Assembly (NCBI GenBank): GCA_047975785.1
Contig: JBKEEC010000064.1
Location: 1-55,799 of the forward strand
Direction of reading: 5' to 3'
Origin: Sphingomonadaceae bacterium
GTDB lineage: Bacteria; Pseudomonadota; Alphaproteobacteria; Sphingomonadales; Sphingomonadaceae
DNA length: 55,799 nt
Part shown: piece by piece, positions 53,613-55,799 of the stretch
How positions within the stretch are numbered: position 1 is the stretch's first letter
How the letters are laid out: the number at the start of each line of letters is the position of its first letter
Position numbers and translations under genes: made by a program
The notes under the pieces: generated by a model
The model's input: the letters and a program-made list of their open reading frames with translations, nothing else
Database searches by the model: none
Told to the model about the DNA's origin: nothing

Positions 53613-54875
53613 ATGGCGCGTGATGATACCCATCAGGCAGGTGGTGAGGGGCAATTTCGTGCCCTGATTGAAGAATGGCGTGTTGCGTGGCGTCCGGGAA
53701 TTGGGGCGATCATTGCCGGAGCCCTGGGCTATTCCCTGTGGACGGCGGTTTCCAGCCTGTTTGTCGTTCCCTTGCAGCAGGAGTTCGGCTGGTCACGCGG
53801 AGAAATTGCTGCCGCGAATTATGCCGGTCTGATTACGGCCTTTGTTGCTCCGGTTGTTGGCCGGATTGTCGACCGCTTTGATGCCAGACCGGTTCTGATG
53901 GCGGGGCTGTTATTGATTGGCGCCTGCTATTTCCTGTTGTCACAGTTAACCGGCACATTGCAGGTTTATTATCTGCTCTATTTCTTTCTCAACCTGTTTG
54001 GGATGGCGACCACAGGGATTACGGTAACACGTATAGTTGCAGGAAATTTTTTCCGCTCACGCGGAACGGCGCTGGCTATTGCGCGCTCTGCTCTTGGTAT
54101 CGCCGCAATTCTGACTCCCCTGCTTTTGCACCCCCTTATTACGCGATATGGCTCCACGGGCGGCTTTCTTGGTCTGGCGGGGCTGGCAGCGTTTGTGGCT
54201 CTTCCGCTGGTTTATTTTCTGGTGCCGGACAAGAAGGCCGACAGCACAAGCGGCAAGGCAGAAAAAAAGGTCAACCCCAGCCGCATCCTGTCTCTGCTTG
54301 GGCAGAGGAAGGTTCTCATTATCTGTGCGGCGGCGGCGCTTAACTATGCTCCGGTGGTGGCTATTGTCTCGCAGCTTCAGCCTATCGGTATGGCGGGCGG
54401 CCTGAGCGATGGTGCTGCTGCAGGCGGTATCGGATTTCTTGGTGCTGCGGCTGCCGCCGGGGCCTTGCTGAGCGGATTGCTGGTCGATCGCTTCTGGGCC
54501 CCTGCTGTGGCCTTTACCCTGAATATGGCTGCTGCTGCCGGATGTGCGACCCTGCTGGTTTTCAGTGGCAGTTTGTCACCTGCTATATTCTATGGCGCCG
54601 TATTCCTGATCGGCGTGGGACAGGGTGCGGAAATTGACGTGGTTGCCTATATGATTGCCCGTTATTTCGGCCTTGCAGATTATTCTACCATCTATGGTTT
54701 GTCCGTCACCTGTATTGCATTGGGGACAGCGATCTCGGCATCCCTGATTGGTTCTGCCTATGATCACTTCGGAAATTACAATGTTGCGATTTTGTGCTGC
54801 TCGGCCAGCTTCGCCATGGCCTCTATCGCATATCTGATGATGGGGCGTTACCCTCGTGCAAAGAGTGAGGAATAG
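53613..54875 (+). CDS. MFS transporter, paralogue of 41602..42861
   Basis: It has about 12 TM segments and the shared strings EWRVAWRPG and PLQQEFGWSRGEIA. Confidence 0.88.
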   Translation: MARDDTHQAGGEGQFRALIEEWRVAWRPGIGAIIAGALGYSLWTAVSSLFVVPLQQEFGWSRGEIAAANYAGLITAFVAPVVGRIVDRFDARPVLMAGLLLIGACYFLLSQLTGTLQVYYLLYFFLNLFGMATTGITVTRIVAGNFFRSRGTALAIARSALGIAAILTPLLLHPLITRYGSTGGFLGLAGLAAFVALPLVYFLVPDKKADSTSGKAEKKVNPSRILSLLGQRKVLIICAAAALNYAPVVAIVSQLQPIGMAGGLSDGAAAGGIGFLGAAAAAGALLSGLLVDRFWAPAVAFTLNMAAAAGCATLLVFSGSLSPAIFYGAVFLIGVGQGAEIDVVAYMIARYFGLADYSTIYGLSVTCIALGTAISASLIGSAYDHFGNYNVAILCCSASFAMASIAYLMMGRYPRAKSEE

Positions 54876-54876
54876 A

Positions 54877-54888
54877 TGTTATAACAAG
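54877..54888. promoter_or_regulatory. tgttataacaag (palindromic core TGTTATAACA) 24 nt upstream of the next ORF
   Basis: It is identical to the 12-mer at 43921-43932. It begins 2 nt after the MFS stop codon. Confidence 0.45.
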
Positions 54889-54912
54889 TGAAGGAAATAT
54901 GGGAGTCAAGAA

Positions 54913-55799
54913 ATGGGTGCTGCAAGGCAAGAACTGATTGATATGATCGTCACGGAGGATGCGTTTTCCCGTGACCGGGCAAGTATCGAGCCAATGCAGG
55001 TTGAGGCGGCCAACGCTCTTTTTCAGGAACTGCGCGGGAAAATTCCTGTTCTGGAAAAGCGGGCGAAGGAATACGGGATTGATACCGTCAGTTCCTTTGA
55101 AGATCTGGTTCCGCTTCTTTTTGCCCATACTGTCTACAAATCCTATCCCGAAAGCTTCATAGAAAAAGGCCGCTGGGACAGAATGCTGCTCTGGCTCTCT
55201 ACCTTGTCTGCAGATGACTGGACCGGGGTTGATGTAGAGGGGGTGGAGGATGCCGATGAGTGGCTTGCCCGGTTAAAGGCAGCTGGATGCACAGTGCTTG
55301 CTACCAGTGGTTCAAGTGGAAAATGCTCCTTTCTTCCCGCTTCGGAAAAAGATCGCGCGCTCAAGCACCGGCATTTCAAACGGGCGGTAGGCTGGCCTTT
55401 CGCGCAGGCCGATAACCAGTATGAAGTGTTCTGGACAGGGCCGATAGAAGGGCCGAACAGTGCGATCGAGGCCGGACAGATGACGCGGGATCACTGGGCC
55501 AGACCAGACCGGTTTCATAATCTGATCAAGGAGCCGCTCAGGATTACGGATGTTGCTGAAAGTGCCGCCCTCACGCGTAAAATGCGGGAAGGCACAGCAA
55601 CGCCATCAGAGATCGAGGCGTTCCAGCAGAAAAATGCTGAAACCGGCAAGCGTGTCGCTGAGGGCATCTTCGAGTTTATCGATAGCTTGCTAGATATGCG
55701 GCATGAGCCGGTTTATATCAGCGGGCTCTGGGCGCAGCACATGCAGATTATCGAACGCGCCCGCGAAACAGGCTTTGGTGATGGCGAATTTCACCCTGA
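54913..55799 (+). CDS. Adenylate-forming-enzyme-like protein (PaaK/LuxE/F390-synthetase-like); the 3' end lies outside the window
   Basis: This ORF is not in the supplied track. I translated frame 1 by hand from ATG 54913 (GGGAG lies 7 nt upstream) and found 295 codons with no stop up to the window edge. LATSGSSGKCSF (nt ~55297-55332) resembles the (T/S)SG(T/S)(T/S)G P-loop-like motif of ANL-type ligases. Confidence 0.6.
   Translation, partial: MGAARQELIDMIVTEDAFSRDRASIEPMQVEAANALFQELRGKIPVLEKRAKEYGIDTVSSFEDLVPLLFAHTVYKSYPESFIEKGRWDRMLLWLSTLSADDWTGVDVEGVEDADEWLARLKAAGCTVLATSGSSGKCSFLPASEKDRALKHRHFKRAVGWPFAQADNQYEVFWTGPIEGPNSAIEAGQMTRDHWARPDRFHNLIKEPLRITDVAESAALTRKMREGTATPSEIEAFQQKNAETGKRVAEGIFEFIDSLLDMRHEPVYISGLWAQHMQIIERARETGFGDGEFHP

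Noticed and set aside
1-55799. CRISPR arrays, rRNA, tRNA, known riboswitches, integrase or recombinase genes
   Set aside because: I looked for regularly spaced direct repeats, GGTTCGAATCC-type T-loops, B12/TPP/SAM-like conserved boxes upstream of the receptor and biosynthetic genes, and tyrosine/serine recombinase motifs. I found none by eye. A formal scan with tRNAscan-SE, Infernal and CRISPR finders would be needed to exclude them.

Overview
This 55.8-kb segment looks alphaproteobacterial, inferred from gene content (TamA/TamB, Bpt, cyoABCD, a TonB-dependent receptor, LytS/LytTR-type two-component genes). Hand counts of single 60-nt lines give roughly 45-55% GC over most of it. I found no rRNA, tRNA or CRISPR array. 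(1) nt 1-5413 is a decayed accessory patch. It holds a convergent type II restriction-modification pair whose 3' ends overlap by 51 bp; the endonuclease is cut by the window edge and the C5-methyltransferase carries a fused N-terminal XRE helix-turn-helix. It also holds a ~1.1-kb patch of about 70% GC with phage/ICE-like ORFs. A left-truncated IS5-family copy with an IS903-like terminus cuts a primase-like gene. An IS6 relic abuts the first core gene, a LysR regulator. (2) nt 5416-39000 is mostly core. It contains LysR, a TonB receptor and a Tat-sulfatase, then a 15-gene minus-strand run: RNase T2, nadC, a LytTR regulator and LytS-type kinase, a PDZ-metallopeptidase, a DsbA-like protein, an M48-TPR protease, a PAS-like hypothetical, an MFS transporter, a DUF2141 protein, a fatty-acid hydroxylase, a hypothetical, an amidohydrolase and a dehydrogenase. 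These are followed by ilvA, bpt, tamA, tamB, an orphan GH24 lysozyme and cyoABCD. (3) nt 39065-55799 is an uncharacterised acyl-CoA-type catabolic island. It has GntR and AraC regulators, a thioesterase, two MFE2-like SDRs, a FadJ-like enzyme, three crotonases, a PhyH-type oxygenase, a nitronate monooxygenase, an NmrA protein and two paralogous MFS transporters. It also has an adenylate-forming-like ORF that runs off the window and is absent from the ORF track. The most unusual signals are non-coding. A MITE-like modular repeat family has at least nine copies in intergenic gaps. Two of those copies share a hairpin that is maintained by compensatory substitutions. An identical palindromic 12-mer sits upstream of two genes of the catabolic island. 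All functional calls come from motif recognition by eye, and nothing was checked against a database.
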